DNA of 64,000 nucleotides, taken from a bacterium. Its GTDB lineage: Bacteria; Patescibacteriota; Minisyncoccia; JAHIHE01. The stretch spans positions 68,015 through 132,014 of the forward strand of contig JAUYBG010000006.1 of assembly GCA_030693205.1 (NCBI GenBank), given 5' to 3'. Made by a program: the position numbers and the translations under genes. Positions 20,174 to 29,111 of this stretch are shown piece after piece (position 1 is the stretch's first letter; each line of letters starts with the position of its first letter). The notes under the pieces were generated by a model that was not told the origin of the DNA, ran no database searches, and saw only the letters and a program-made list of their open reading frames with translations.

Positions 20174-20866
20174 TTTTAACATCTCGTTAACCCAATTATA
20201 AACACTTGGATACTTTTTCCACAAACGACTACCTTGTAAAATCAAATCTTTATGATCTGGATAACCGATATTTTTTATTTTTCCATGCAAAGAAATAAAA
20301 TCTTCAGTATCTTGGATTACAGCATTAAACACTTCTGCCATACCCCATAACTTTCCTTGTTCAGTATCCATCTTTCTAGTCTCGGGAAAGTTTTTTTGCA
20401 CAAAATCATAAAATATAAAATGGAGCATTTCGTGAAAAATAGTAAAAAGCTGAAAACTGCGATTATTATAAATAAAAACCTGAAACTCACCTGAATCAAG
20501 AAAACGAGGACAAAAATCAAATATAGAAAAATCGCCAATATATTTTTTCCTTGGCCACGGATACCCATTAAATAACTTACTTACCACTAAAAAGAAATTA
20601 TTTTGTTCTTGATTAATATATTTAATAGTATTTTCACTAAGAATTTTTATTTCTCTGTTATTAGATTTATAAAAATCTATAATGTATTTATTTAAAAATT
20701 TCTTTGGATTTTCAGCTGATTTAATTTCAATAAGTTTCGGATGATACTTCAAAGCTCTTTCCTTCCAAAAATCACACCCTCCAAAATTTGAGCTAAGGTA
20801 AAAATCCCAAGCTTTGACTTGATCTAGTTTTTGATCAAATTTTAATTTTATAATTGGTTGCTTCAT
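20165..20866 (-). CDS. HExxH-motif protein (putative zinc metallopeptidase-like) downstream of radical SAM enzyme A
   Basis: HEMLH motif (TIFHEMLHFIF); same strand, 80 nt after rSAM A. Confidence 0.45.
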   Translation of the reverse strand: MKQPIIKLKFDQKLDQVKAWDFYLSSNFGGCDFWKERALKYHPKLIEIKSAENPKKFLNKYIIDFYKSNNREIKILSENTIKYINQEQNNFFLVVSKLFNGYPWPRKKYIGDFSIFDFCPRFLDSGEFQVFIYNNRSFQLFTIFHEMLHFIFYDFVQKNFPETRKMDTEQGKLWGMAEVFNAVIQDTEDFISLHGKIKNIGYPDHKDLILQGSRLWKKYPSVYNWVNEMLKLF

Positions 20867-20947
20867 AAATAAAACCCACTATCATTCTATCTTTTTTTTA
20901 AGAAAAAATCCAGTGGGTATAAAACCTCCCTTTTTATATTTCACTAT

Positions 20948-22336
20948 TTAACTAACCTGCGCTTGCTTATAAAGATCCCAAACAAGCCATTCGAGCGTCA
21001 TTTTCGCATGTACGCAAAAGCGTTTATCGAGTGCCCAAATAGAACCCTCTTCAAGCTCTGCTTGATATGGACAGCCTCCACCACAAATACCTAAAGCAGG
21101 GCAGCTTTGACATTCCGGCATATTCAGAGGCGATCTCATACTCCATTCTCTGAAATCTTTATCATTGCTGATATTAAAGTCGTTGTCGTAGACATTTGTT
21201 GGGAAATATTTCTTTTTACCAACAAACCCATGGCAAACTCCAATATCTCCATCAGGTGCAATCACTATCTGATTGCCCCCAGTTGCTCCGCAGTCAAATG
21301 GCCAAACTGTCTTTTCGATAAAAGCATTCGCTTTTCTCATTATGCGATCTTCGTAGACGCCTCTTTTTCTAAAAACTTGAAAAGCATCAAGAATAAATTT
21401 TGCCGCTCTTTCGTTGTAACCATTATCCATTTTTCCGTCATTACTAATCAGCAGATTTAATCCTAAATTGGATATTCCGCATTCATCCAGTAAAACCCGT
21501 ATGGTAGCGTCGAAATCACGGATACTTGCCTCTGAAAGAGTGCATGACGCACCGATATTCATACCTGCTTCTTTGCAAACCTGAAAGCCTCTTTTGATGT
21601 CTTGATAAACGGGCTCTCCGCTTGCATAGATCCGGCTGGAGTTAGTTGCAAAGTCATCGCCGTCAATTGATATTGAGACCTGAACATCGTGGCTCTTAAG
21701 CATTCTGGCAATCTCGTGATTTAATAAACTTCCATTAGTCACTAGATTAAGGGTTGTTTTTTTGGGAAGCTTACCACTTTCCATGTACTTTTTAATCTTA
21801 TTTAAAAGCATCTCAAGTACTGTCCAATTCAACAAGGGCTCTCCGCCATAAAAAACAATTGTTTTTTCTAGATCAAACTGTTCAGGATCTTCTGCAATTA
21901 ATCGACAAAAGAAATCAAGTCCTTTAAAAGCTATCTCCTCTGTCATATTACCCATGGGATTATTATTTTTTACAAAACAATAACCGCAACGGAAATTACA
22001 CCTTTCTGTTAGGATGACATAGGCTAAGTGGGGATAAGGCTTGCCAAGCAAATCCATGAAATAATCAATAGCTTTTTTATCTTCTGCGGGATCCTGGATC
22101 AAAACTTTTACATTTTTAAGGGCATCAACCGCTCTTAAAAAAGTTTCTTGATCTTTTGAGCCAACAAGCGCGAGTAGGCTTTGCGAATCAGCGCCTCCCT
22201 CAAATTTCTTAATTATCGGCAGAAGCGCATCCGGAATATAAACTGGCATCATCCGAAGAGAATGATAGCAAGCTATTACAGGTTTTTGCTCAAAAAAATG
22301 AGCGTATCTTGAAAGGAAAAGGGTTGTTCTTTCCAT
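20948..22336 (-). CDS. radical SAM/SPASM peptide-modifying enzyme A with an N-terminal RRE-like domain
   Basis: CNFRCGYC (CxxxCxxC); C-terminal SPASM cysteines (CGATGGNQ...CHGF...CQSCPALGICGGGCPYQ); AGGAGG ahead of the ATG. Confidence 0.8.
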   Translation of the reverse strand: MERTTLFLSRYAHFFEQKPVIACYHSLRMMPVYIPDALLPIIKKFEGGADSQSLLALVGSKDQETFLRAVDALKNVKVLIQDPAEDKKAIDYFMDLLGKPYPHLAYVILTERCNFRCGYCFVKNNNPMGNMTEEIAFKGLDFFCRLIAEDPEQFDLEKTIVFYGGEPLLNWTVLEMLLNKIKKYMESGKLPKKTTLNLVTNGSLLNHEIARMLKSHDVQVSISIDGDDFATNSSRIYASGEPVYQDIKRGFQVCKEAGMNIGASCTLSEASIRDFDATIRVLLDECGISNLGLNLLISNDGKMDNGYNERAAKFILDAFQVFRKRGVYEDRIMRKANAFIEKTVWPFDCGATGGNQIVIAPDGDIGVCHGFVGKKKYFPTNVYDNDFNISNDKDFREWSMRSPLNMPECQSCPALGICGGGCPYQAELEEGSIWALDKRFCVHAKMTLEWLVWDLYKQAQVS

Positions 22337-22433
22337 ACATTACCTCCTTTATTTCTATATAATCTATTTTCCTTTATTCGAACAAGGAAGGAGAAACCTT
22401 TGCTTCCCCATCCCTATTCGGCCGAACAGGTTT

Positions 22434-22577
22434 TTACCATAGCGATTTATCTATGCCCTTGTTGTATCTACATGCGCACTTACACGCACATGTACCACAT
22501 TTGGCTGCATGTACAGTATTTGCAGCATTACCTAGCACCTTAGCGGCATCTACCGCTGTTGGCGAAATAACATCCAT
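22434..22577 (-). CDS. candidate precursor peptide A (47 aa, five Cys)
   Basis: Unannotated ORF MDVISPTAVDAAKVLGNAANTVHAAKCGTCACKCACRYNKGIDKSLW; AGGAGG nine nt upstream; 97 nt upstream of rSAM A. Confidence 0.55.
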   Translation of the reverse strand: MDVISPTAVDAAKVLGNAANTVHAAKCGTCACKCACRYNKGIDKSLW

Positions 22578-22595
22578 TTTTACATCCTCCTGTAT

Positions 22596-22684
22596 GTTTT
22601 AAAAGAACTCATCTGGCTAAATAGCTTCTATTTAGCCATCCTTCCTTGAGCACAACTCTAACAAATCCGGGAGTTTTGTCAATG
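22596..22684 (-). promoter_or_regulatory. conserved promoter plus 5'-UTR hairpin element, copy A
   Basis: Minus-strand TTGACA-16nt-TAGAGT, then a 10-bp-stem hairpin ggctaaatag/ctatttagcc and agatgagttcttttaaaa before the SD; copies at 29237-29322 and 31934-32019. Confidence 0.5.
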
Positions 22685-22780
22685 ACAAGTTGCCATATAA
22701 AATAATCTTACAAAAAACATTCCCGCATTTATATACAAGAATGTTTTAATAACCAGAATAAACCTCGCCGATCTTTCATT

Positions 22781-23098
22781 CTATTTTTCCACAATATCTA
22801 CGATTTTAATTTCGGTAAAAGGCTGTTTGTGCCCTTTGTGAACTCTTTGGCGTTCCTTTGCCTTGTATTTGGTCAAAGTCACTTTTGGCAATCTTCCTTG
22901 TTTCAAGACATCGCCGGTCACTTTCGCGCCTTTGATGACAGGAGTGCCAATGACCGTCTTGCCGTCATTGTTAATAAGCAAAACATTGTTAAAATCAATC
23001 TTATCGCCTTCCTTGACGCTTAATTTTTCCACTTTAATTTTATCGCCGGGAGAAACCAAATACTGCTTCGCTCCGGATTCAATCACTGCAATTTTCAT
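22781..23098 (-). CDS. rplU: 50S ribosomal protein L21
   Basis: Typical L21 sequence (MKIAVIESGAKQYLV...). Confidence 0.9.
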   Translation of the reverse strand: MKIAVIESGAKQYLVSPGDKIKVEKLSVKEGDKIDFNNVLLINNDGKTVIGTPVIKGAKVTGDVLKQGRLPKVTLTKYKAKERQRVHKGHKQPFTEIKIVDIVEK

Positions 23099-23306
23099 AT
23101 AAAAATAATTATCTGAATTAATATAATATTTACTTTAACAAATAATGGGTGGAATGTCAACCTCTTTAGTCTGTAAGCCCTCTTAATGCTTTACCCCGTC
23201 AGAAGTTGTAATCTAACCTTGCTTTTAAATGAAAACTGAAGGCGAAGCCGATTTATCTTTAAATATAAGGAAATAAATGAGATTTTCCTAAAACTTCTGA
23301 CCGGGG

Positions 23307-23336
23307 TTGACAAATCCTGAATTTCTGCTATACTTT
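23307..23336 (+). promoter_or_regulatory. sigma70-like promoter (TTGACA-17-TATACT)
   Basis: ttgacaaatcctgaatttctgctatact, a near-consensus -35/-10 pair. Confidence 0.35.
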
Positions 23337-23494
23337 AGATAATTTACTAACGCACTAGATTTACCTATGATTAGTTTCTGCAATCAAAGCAAAAAGGGTC
23401 AAATGCTCAATACCGGCTTAAAAACCGTGCAATTCCGCTACCGCGCGAACCTAGGCGACATAAAAGAGATGGCAGAAAAAATCTAATAGTGAAT

Positions 23495-23526
23495 CCGGTG
23501 CGGGAGCAATTCCCGTATTTTTTTAA
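23495..23526 (+). terminator. intrinsic terminator
   Basis: cgggagcaattcccg hairpin followed by tattttttt. Confidence 0.45.
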
Positions 23527-23747
23527 AAAAGGAGGGGATGTCGTTCTTTTACAATTTAAATAATTTTCTTCAGGGCAGAAATTTGATTGCACAAAAATGT
23601 AATCAATAACTGTCTTGAAGATACAAAAATCTCGAAGCAGAATGAAAATCACGAATAGGATAGAATGGGAATGTACAGAATACGAATACTTCATCTGGAA
23701 GTAAAACAGAACCGAAATAAAATAAAGCCCCTTAGGGCAGGATAAAA

Positions 23748-24536
23748 GTGATTGAAATGGTAATCAAGAAAGAAGGCAATGGCGAAGTAGGAAAAATTGA
23801 ACAGATTAAACTGCCAAAGTGGCTCGAAGAACTGATAACGAAAAAATGGTTTCTGTATCTGTTTGCCGCTGTAGTGCTTGTGATGGTTATCGGATTCTCA
23901 TTGCCGGCAAGTACGCGAGACAATATTGCAAATGCAATATTTGCTAAAACTGCAACTGATGGTTCGCTCTCGTCTGGCGGCAGTTCGTCTGGCGGCGGAA
24001 TGATGGGTAATAGTCAACCTGTAGTCGGAACGGCAACTCCAACCCCGACAGAGGGGAAGGAGAAGAATCAGATCAGTGCGGATCGTAATGACCCGATTCT
24101 TGCGCAAAGAATTAACCGTCTGGAAATAGGCGGAAAATCTTTAATGCCAATTGGCAATCTTCCGCAAGAGATAAGAATTGGAAAATCAAATCTCTATATT
24201 ACAAGCATGATTGTCAATAATAAAGTTAGCGGCTATTTAGAAAATCGTGGCGCCAATAATATAAATATAATAGGTGAAAAAAAATTCACTTTCATAACGA
24301 AAGATTATCTATATTTAACGGAATTACCTATAATTTATATAAACGGCCAAAGTAGCTCAAGCGCTTCCACCTTTTTGAAAGCTGGAGAAAAAAAATCATT
24401 CCAGACAATTGATACGCAAAACATAAACGAATATCAAAAGCTTGGAGGATTAAAAGACGATCTCTTAAAAATAAACAATTTAGTAAAACAATCCGCTTAT
24501 ATACAAATAAGCGAATTCAGCACTTCAGATGCATAA
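23748..24536 (+). CDS. hypothetical membrane-anchored protein
   Basis: 262 aa, N-terminal TM helix, Gly/Ser-rich linker. Confidence 0.5.
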   Translation: MIEMVIKKEGNGEVGKIEQIKLPKWLEELITKKWFLYLFAAVVLVMVIGFSLPASTRDNIANAIFAKTATDGSLSSGGSSSGGGMMGNSQPVVGTATPTPTEGKEKNQISADRNDPILAQRINRLEIGGKSLMPIGNLPQEIRIGKSNLYITSMIVNNKVSGYLENRGANNINIIGEKKFTFITKDYLYLTELPIIYINGQSSSSASTFLKAGEKKSFQTIDTQNINEYQKLGGLKDDLLKINNLVKQSAYIQISEFSTSDA

Positions 24537-24562
24537 GTAAGTATATGCATCTTTTTTATTTT

Positions 24563-25984
24563 TTATGGATTAACGTTGATCTGAACTCTATCCATAATAG
24601 GACCGTAACAACCATTCTTACTAGTTATTCTTAACCACCCCTCATACTTACCAGCTGCCGCATATGTCGTCGATGTCATACCTCCAGTATATGTTACATC
24701 AAATAATGCATTACCGAGAACACCTAAAACACCAAGTAATAAATCACAATTCGTTGTTTCACTTTTTGCATAATCTGATGTCCATCCTAACCATGGGGTA
24801 GTATAATCGATCTCATATCTATCTACCCCGTTATCAAAACCCGGACCATCACTGAGAACATCGGTTTTTAAATTTGGATAAGCATAGTCCGCTGAATAAG
24901 TTCTTCCATCGAAATAAACAGTTTCACCCACTTTAACGCTTACTTGTTTTCCCATAGGCATAAAAGTTGTCCCTACCCTTAAATCCGCTTTCATACAATG
25001 ATACAACCCATCGCTTGCCCAAGACGGATTTGAACAAATATCTTTGCAGGCAAGCTTTCCCGAAACAAAAATTTTCGCCGGATGTCGCGGGTAATCGGTT
25101 GCGATGCAGGCAGGAACTCCGGTAGCGGTAAAATTTACTACATTACTGGCAATAAAAGTTGAGCTGGAATACGGATCAGTTTCCGGAAAAATCGCCTGAA
25201 GTTTTACATCATCGGCACAAAATGTAGGAAGCGTAGACAAAATAGAAAAAATACCGCTAGCGTTCGTTTGTATTTGAGTATATCTCATTCCATCAATTCC
25301 TGCCCCATCATTAATAACATATACTCTTATATTGGTGTTAACCACGGGATTACCGCTTGCATCAGTAAGCTTCCCTGCCAGAGTTACAGAAGCGCCAACA
25401 GCCGCGGATGCTCCGTCTGCGGGAGAGGTTAAAGTGATTTTAGCGGGAGCATTAGGACTGACAAAAACATCTGCTTCCATATTATCTATGCAATGGCACG
25501 GCGCATTAACTGTTCCATTTCCCAATGAACCGGGTCCATCGCACATCTCAAGCGGATCGCTTGCCGTCGGACTATAACCTACCGCACTCCACGGCATCGC
25601 CGGATTTTTAAGCACTAGAATATCGGGGTTGATCGTGTTAATAATCACCCAAGAAGAAATGGCCAGAAGAAGGCCGATAATTGCCGAATTAATCGTGTGT
25701 TTGGCATCTTCGATGGCTGAAGGATTGCCGGCGGAAGTCAGATATCTTGCGCCCCCGATGACGATCGCGCCCATCGCCACAATACCGACTACGGAAATAA
25801 GAAAAGTATAAAGCCCGGAAAGATAGACTTGAACTTTTGCGCCGGGTGGAATGCCGGGAATAGTGACCAAAGCGTTATAAGTTGTCTGAGCTAAAGCGGA
25901 ATTCGAATAAAAAAATAAGCTTAGTAAAAATATAATGCTAGCTAAAACTATTTTTTTGTTTTTGCTAAAAATTTTTAAAATCAT
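24563..25984 (-). CDS. large secreted/membrane protein with an N-terminal TrbC/VirB2-like (T4SS pilin-like) domain
   Basis: Signal peptide; YLSGLYTFLISVVGIVAMGAIVIGGARYLTSAGNPSAIEDAKHTINSAIIGLLLAISSWVI pattern typical of CPR pilin-like proteins; large extracellular C-terminus. Confidence 0.45.
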   Translation of the reverse strand: MILKIFSKNKKIVLASIIFLLSLFFYSNSALAQTTYNALVTIPGIPPGAKVQVYLSGLYTFLISVVGIVAMGAIVIGGARYLTSAGNPSAIEDAKHTINSAIIGLLLAISSWVIINTINPDILVLKNPAMPWSAVGYSPTASDPLEMCDGPGSLGNGTVNAPCHCIDNMEADVFVSPNAPAKITLTSPADGASAAVGASVTLAGKLTDASGNPVVNTNIRVYVINDGAGIDGMRYTQIQTNASGIFSILSTLPTFCADDVKLQAIFPETDPYSSSTFIASNVVNFTATGVPACIATDYPRHPAKIFVSGKLACKDICSNPSWASDGLYHCMKADLRVGTTFMPMGKQVSVKVGETVYFDGRTYSADYAYPNLKTDVLSDGPGFDNGVDRYEIDYTTPWLGWTSDYAKSETTNCDLLLGVLGVLGNALFDVTYTGGMTSTTYAAAGKYEGWLRITSKNGCYGPIMDRVQINVNP

Positions 25985-26014
25985 ATTGTTTTAAAGAAAT
26001 TATCTATACCGTTA

Positions 26015-26172
26015 TTATACAATTATTGGGGTTTTTAGACAAGCGTGAACTATATATTTTCCCAAATTTTATCTTTATCTTTATCTTCCTGCCGCACCGG
26101 CAAAATTACGGTAAAAGTCGAGCCTTTACCTTCCCCTTCCGAGATTACCTTAATTTTTCCGTGACAGTACTT
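26015..26172 (-). pseudogene. histidine kinase 3'-end fragment, copy 1
   Basis: DNA-level homology to the last ~50 codons of the HK gene at 32065-34050 (cctgccgcaccggcaaaattacggtaaaagtcgagcc...); the +strand track ORF 26026-26220 is a wrong-strand artefact. Confidence 0.5.
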
Positions 26173-26850
26173 TTATTTTTTCTTTCCAATAATAATTACT
26201 CGCCGACTATTAATATTTAATTTCTCCATATCATAATTTCCATATACTGAAGATATGAATAAGTTATTATCGTTAAACTTTCTTTTAAGTTCTGGAAAAG
26301 TATAATACCTTACTCCTTTATTACTATGATCTTTGTCTACGACAAGCTCCATCTTGGTAAAATCAAATTTATATGGAGCTTTCGGATTTTCTCTTAAATA
26401 GCCGATAACCCTAAATACATTATCGCAGTCCAGTAAAAACATTCCATTCTTTTCCATTATTTTAGTAATATTTTTCAATGTTTCGTCAGGCTCAATCATT
26501 CTAAGATCAGAAAAAAATAAGAATATTTTATTATACTTTTTTTTAAGATCTAATTTATGAATATCCTGTGTAAAAAAATTTATCTCTAAATTTTCTTGTT
26601 TGGCGTGCTTTTTGGCAACCTCGATCAAATAATCGGAAAAATCCAAACCATCAATATTATATCCTCTTTTTTTAAGCTCAATAGTATGCCGTCCGTTACC
26701 GCAAGCAACATCTAATATCTTGTCTCTCTTTTTTAATTTTAAGGATTTAATAAGAAAATCAACGTCTTTTTGCAGCTGTTCCGGGGAAAAATATTCTTTA
26801 TGCTCTTCTAGATAAGAACCTTTTGGACCATAATACCGTTTTAGACTCAT
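26173..26850 (-). CDS. class I SAM-dependent methyltransferase
   Basis: Motif I (ILDVACGNGRH) and post-I acidic residue. Confidence 0.8.
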   Translation of the reverse strand: MSLKRYYGPKGSYLEEHKEYFSPEQLQKDVDFLIKSLKLKKRDKILDVACGNGRHTIELKKRGYNIDGLDFSDYLIEVAKKHAKQENLEINFFTQDIHKLDLKKKYNKIFLFFSDLRMIEPDETLKNITKIMEKNGMFLLDCDNVFRVIGYLRENPKAPYKFDFTKMELVVDKDHSNKGVRYYTFPELKRKFNDNNLFISSVYGNYDMEKLNINSRRVIIIGKKK

Positions 26851-26864
26851 AATTTTATTTATAA

Positions 26865-27608
26865 TTATATTTTTACTCCAACAATAATCATTCTCTTGCT
26901 GTTAAAATCAAAATTCTCTCCTTCATAAGATCCATAAACTTTTTTTATCCTTAAACCATTTTCTTCTAAGATTTTTTTAATTTCTGGAAAAGAATACAGT
27001 CTTAAAATATATTCGGATTTTTTTTGTTTTCCTTTTTCTGTAATTTTTAGTTTTACATGGTCTTGGAAAGTAATTGGATTAAAAGCATGATTTTCCAAAA
27101 TATTTTTTTTACCATTTTTGTATTTAAAAACACTTTTAAAATGAGATAAAAAATAACAAATATTCCGAGTGTCAATTATAAATTTCCCTTTACGATTTAA
27201 TGATTTAGAAATATTTTCAATAATTTTTCTGTTGTCGCTATCGCTAAAATATCCGAATGAAGTAAAAAGATTAAGAATAACATCAAATCTTTTTTTAAAT
27301 AAAAACTTACAAATATCCCCATAAATAAAATCTGCTTTAACGCCTTTTTCTTTGGCAATATTTTTTCCAACTCTTAAAAAAGGTTTTGAATAATCAATGC
27401 CCACCACATTATATCCTCTTTCTGCTAATCCAATCATATGTCTGCCCCAGCCACAACATAAATCTAAAATTTTGTCTTCTTTTTTTAATCTTAAAATATT
27501 AATGATAAAATCAATTTCTTTTTTGGTTCTCTTGTCGTCAAAAAGAAAATAATAAAGCTCTAAATAATCTTTATTAAAATAGTATTTCCACCAATTATTT
27601 TTAATCAT
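26865..27608 (-). CDS. class I SAM-dependent methyltransferase, paralog of 26173-26850
   Basis: ILDLCCGWGRHMIGLAERGYNVVGIDYS. Confidence 0.8.
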   Translation of the reverse strand: MIKNNWWKYYFNKDYLELYYFLFDDKRTKKEIDFIINILRLKKEDKILDLCCGWGRHMIGLAERGYNVVGIDYSKPFLRVGKNIAKEKGVKADFIYGDICKFLFKKRFDVILNLFTSFGYFSDSDNRKIIENISKSLNRKGKFIIDTRNICYFLSHFKSVFKYKNGKKNILENHAFNPITFQDHVKLKITEKGKQKKSEYILRLYSFPEIKKILEENGLRIKKVYGSYEGENFDFNSKRMIIVGVKI

Positions 27609-27681
27609 TTTATTTTTTTATTTATTAAACCTTTGGTTTATTTTAGTATAGCATAAATAAAAATTTTATCAATATAAAAAT

Positions 27682-27707
27682 AACTGTAAAATTTGAATTT
27701 TACAGTT
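27682..27707 (-). terminator. hairpin plus T-rich tract at the stop of rSAM B
   Basis: aactgtaaaat/attttacagtt perfect inverted repeat. Confidence 0.35.
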
Positions 27708-29025
27708 ATAAACTTTTTAAATTCCAGCAAGTCTGATCGGCATGAACATCATCGCCAAATTTTGACATAGATATTCCCTTGCATCCTCCATTGCACGACA
27801 AAGAAAATTTACATACTAGACATTCTTGTACTATATCCATCGAAAACGGATTTGTTTTTTCCCAAATCGAACGGATATTATTATTCGTCAAATTTCCTAA
27901 AACCGGAAGTCGCGAATGTGGACAAGGAGTAATTTTTCCGTCGAAAGTTATATTACAAATACTTCTTCCTGCTTCACATCCTCTTATTGCTTTTATAGAT
28001 TGATCTATAAGAAAAGGAAAAAATACCAATTTCTCGTAAGAAATCATTTTGGGGTATTTTTTTTCTAACAAAACCAATGTTTCGGTCGCGATTCTGAGTT
28101 GGTCGCTTGTTAATTTAGAAAGAGAATTTGCTCTTCCTTCTTGCATACATCTAAAAGCAATAAACCAGTCTATTCCTAAATCATAAACAGCTAAAAATGT
28201 TTCTTCTATTTTATCAAAGTTTAGATTATTAACCGTCATTGCGCAGCGAACATTCATTCCCTGATTTTTAAGAATCGTAATCGCTCTAATGGCTTTTTCG
28301 TATACTCCTTTTCCTCGAATAAAATCGTGTATCGTTTCTGGACCATCAATGCTTACTTGAATTACCGATAAACCTGTTCTCGATAGTTTTGCCGCTCTTC
28401 TTTTAGTTACCAATATTCCATTGGTGCTAAGCGAAACGCTGACACCTTCTTTCGTTGCTCTTTCGATTATTTCATCAAGGCAACAGACAAGCAATGGCTC
28501 TCCGCCACCAAGACCAAGATAGAATATTCCATTATCCAATAGCTGCTTTTCTATCGCAAATATTTGCTCTGCAGATAAAGCATTTTTTGTTAAACCAGAT
28601 CCTGTATAGCAATGCTTGCATCTTAAATTACAAAGATCAGTTAATTCCCAAAAAACTATTGAAGGGAATTTTAATTTGGGAAATACAATAGGTTTATCGT
28701 CTGTATTATTGGAAAATTTTTTAGTTGATAATATTATGCGTCTATTACAGCTATCAAATAAACCAATTTCTCCAATCTGATTTACGAAAGCAATAATTGT
28801 TTCATCGTTTATATTTTTATGCCTTCTTTTTATTTCCTGAACAATGTCACTAAGACTGATTTCTCCTGTGCATAATTCTATAATTTCTATTCCAATTTTA
28901 TTTACCCGAAAACATATTTGATCAGTTTCTATGGCTAGCTCTACTGGCGGTTTAACTAATCCACCAAAATTTTCTCTGCGATGGCGTACCCCTTTTGTCA
29001 AGTGTGGCTTAAAATCTTGTTCCAT
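27706..29025 (-). CDS. radical SAM/SPASM enzyme B with an N-terminal PqqD-like RiPP recognition element
   Basis: N-terminus (VNKIGIEIIELCTGEISLSDIVQEI) is PqqD-like; CNLRCKHC; SPASM C-terminus (CLVCKFSLSCNGGCKG). Confidence 0.8.
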   Translation of the reverse strand: MEQDFKPHLTKGVRHRRENFGGLVKPPVELAIETDQICFRVNKIGIEIIELCTGEISLSDIVQEIKRRHKNINDETIIAFVNQIGEIGLFDSCNRRIILSTKKFSNNTDDKPIVFPKLKFPSIVFWELTDLCNLRCKHCYTGSGLTKNALSAEQIFAIEKQLLDNGIFYLGLGGGEPLLVCCLDEIIERATKEGVSVSLSTNGILVTKRRAAKLSRTGLSVIQVSIDGPETIHDFIRGKGVYEKAIRAITILKNQGMNVRCAMTVNNLNFDKIEETFLAVYDLGIDWFIAFRCMQEGRANSLSKLTSDQLRIATETLVLLEKKYPKMISYEKLVFFPFLIDQSIKAIRGCEAGRSICNITFDGKITPCPHSRLPVLGNLTNNNIRSIWEKTNPFSMDIVQECLVCKFSLSCNGGCKGISMSKFGDDVHADQTCWNLKSL

Positions 29026-29111
29026 TATTAACCTCCATATAATTCAATTTCTTGTCTAAATAAAATATTTGGAATTATTGCCTTTTAAAAAACAATAATT
29101 CCAAAACCCGT

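Noticed and set aside
23407-23694. 95-aa minus-strand ORF in the rplU upstream spacer
   Set aside because: No SD and an odd composition; it overlaps the better-supported plus-strand promoter-terminator unit.
26026-26220. Plus-strand ORFs 26026-26220, 29349-29564 and 32146-32376 (MGFLDK... / MMLSYDLLGDKKSQAGTVRIDI...)
   Set aside because: They are wrong-strand readings of the histidine-kinase C-terminus and its duplicated fragments; similarity among them reflects the DNA repeat, not a gene family.
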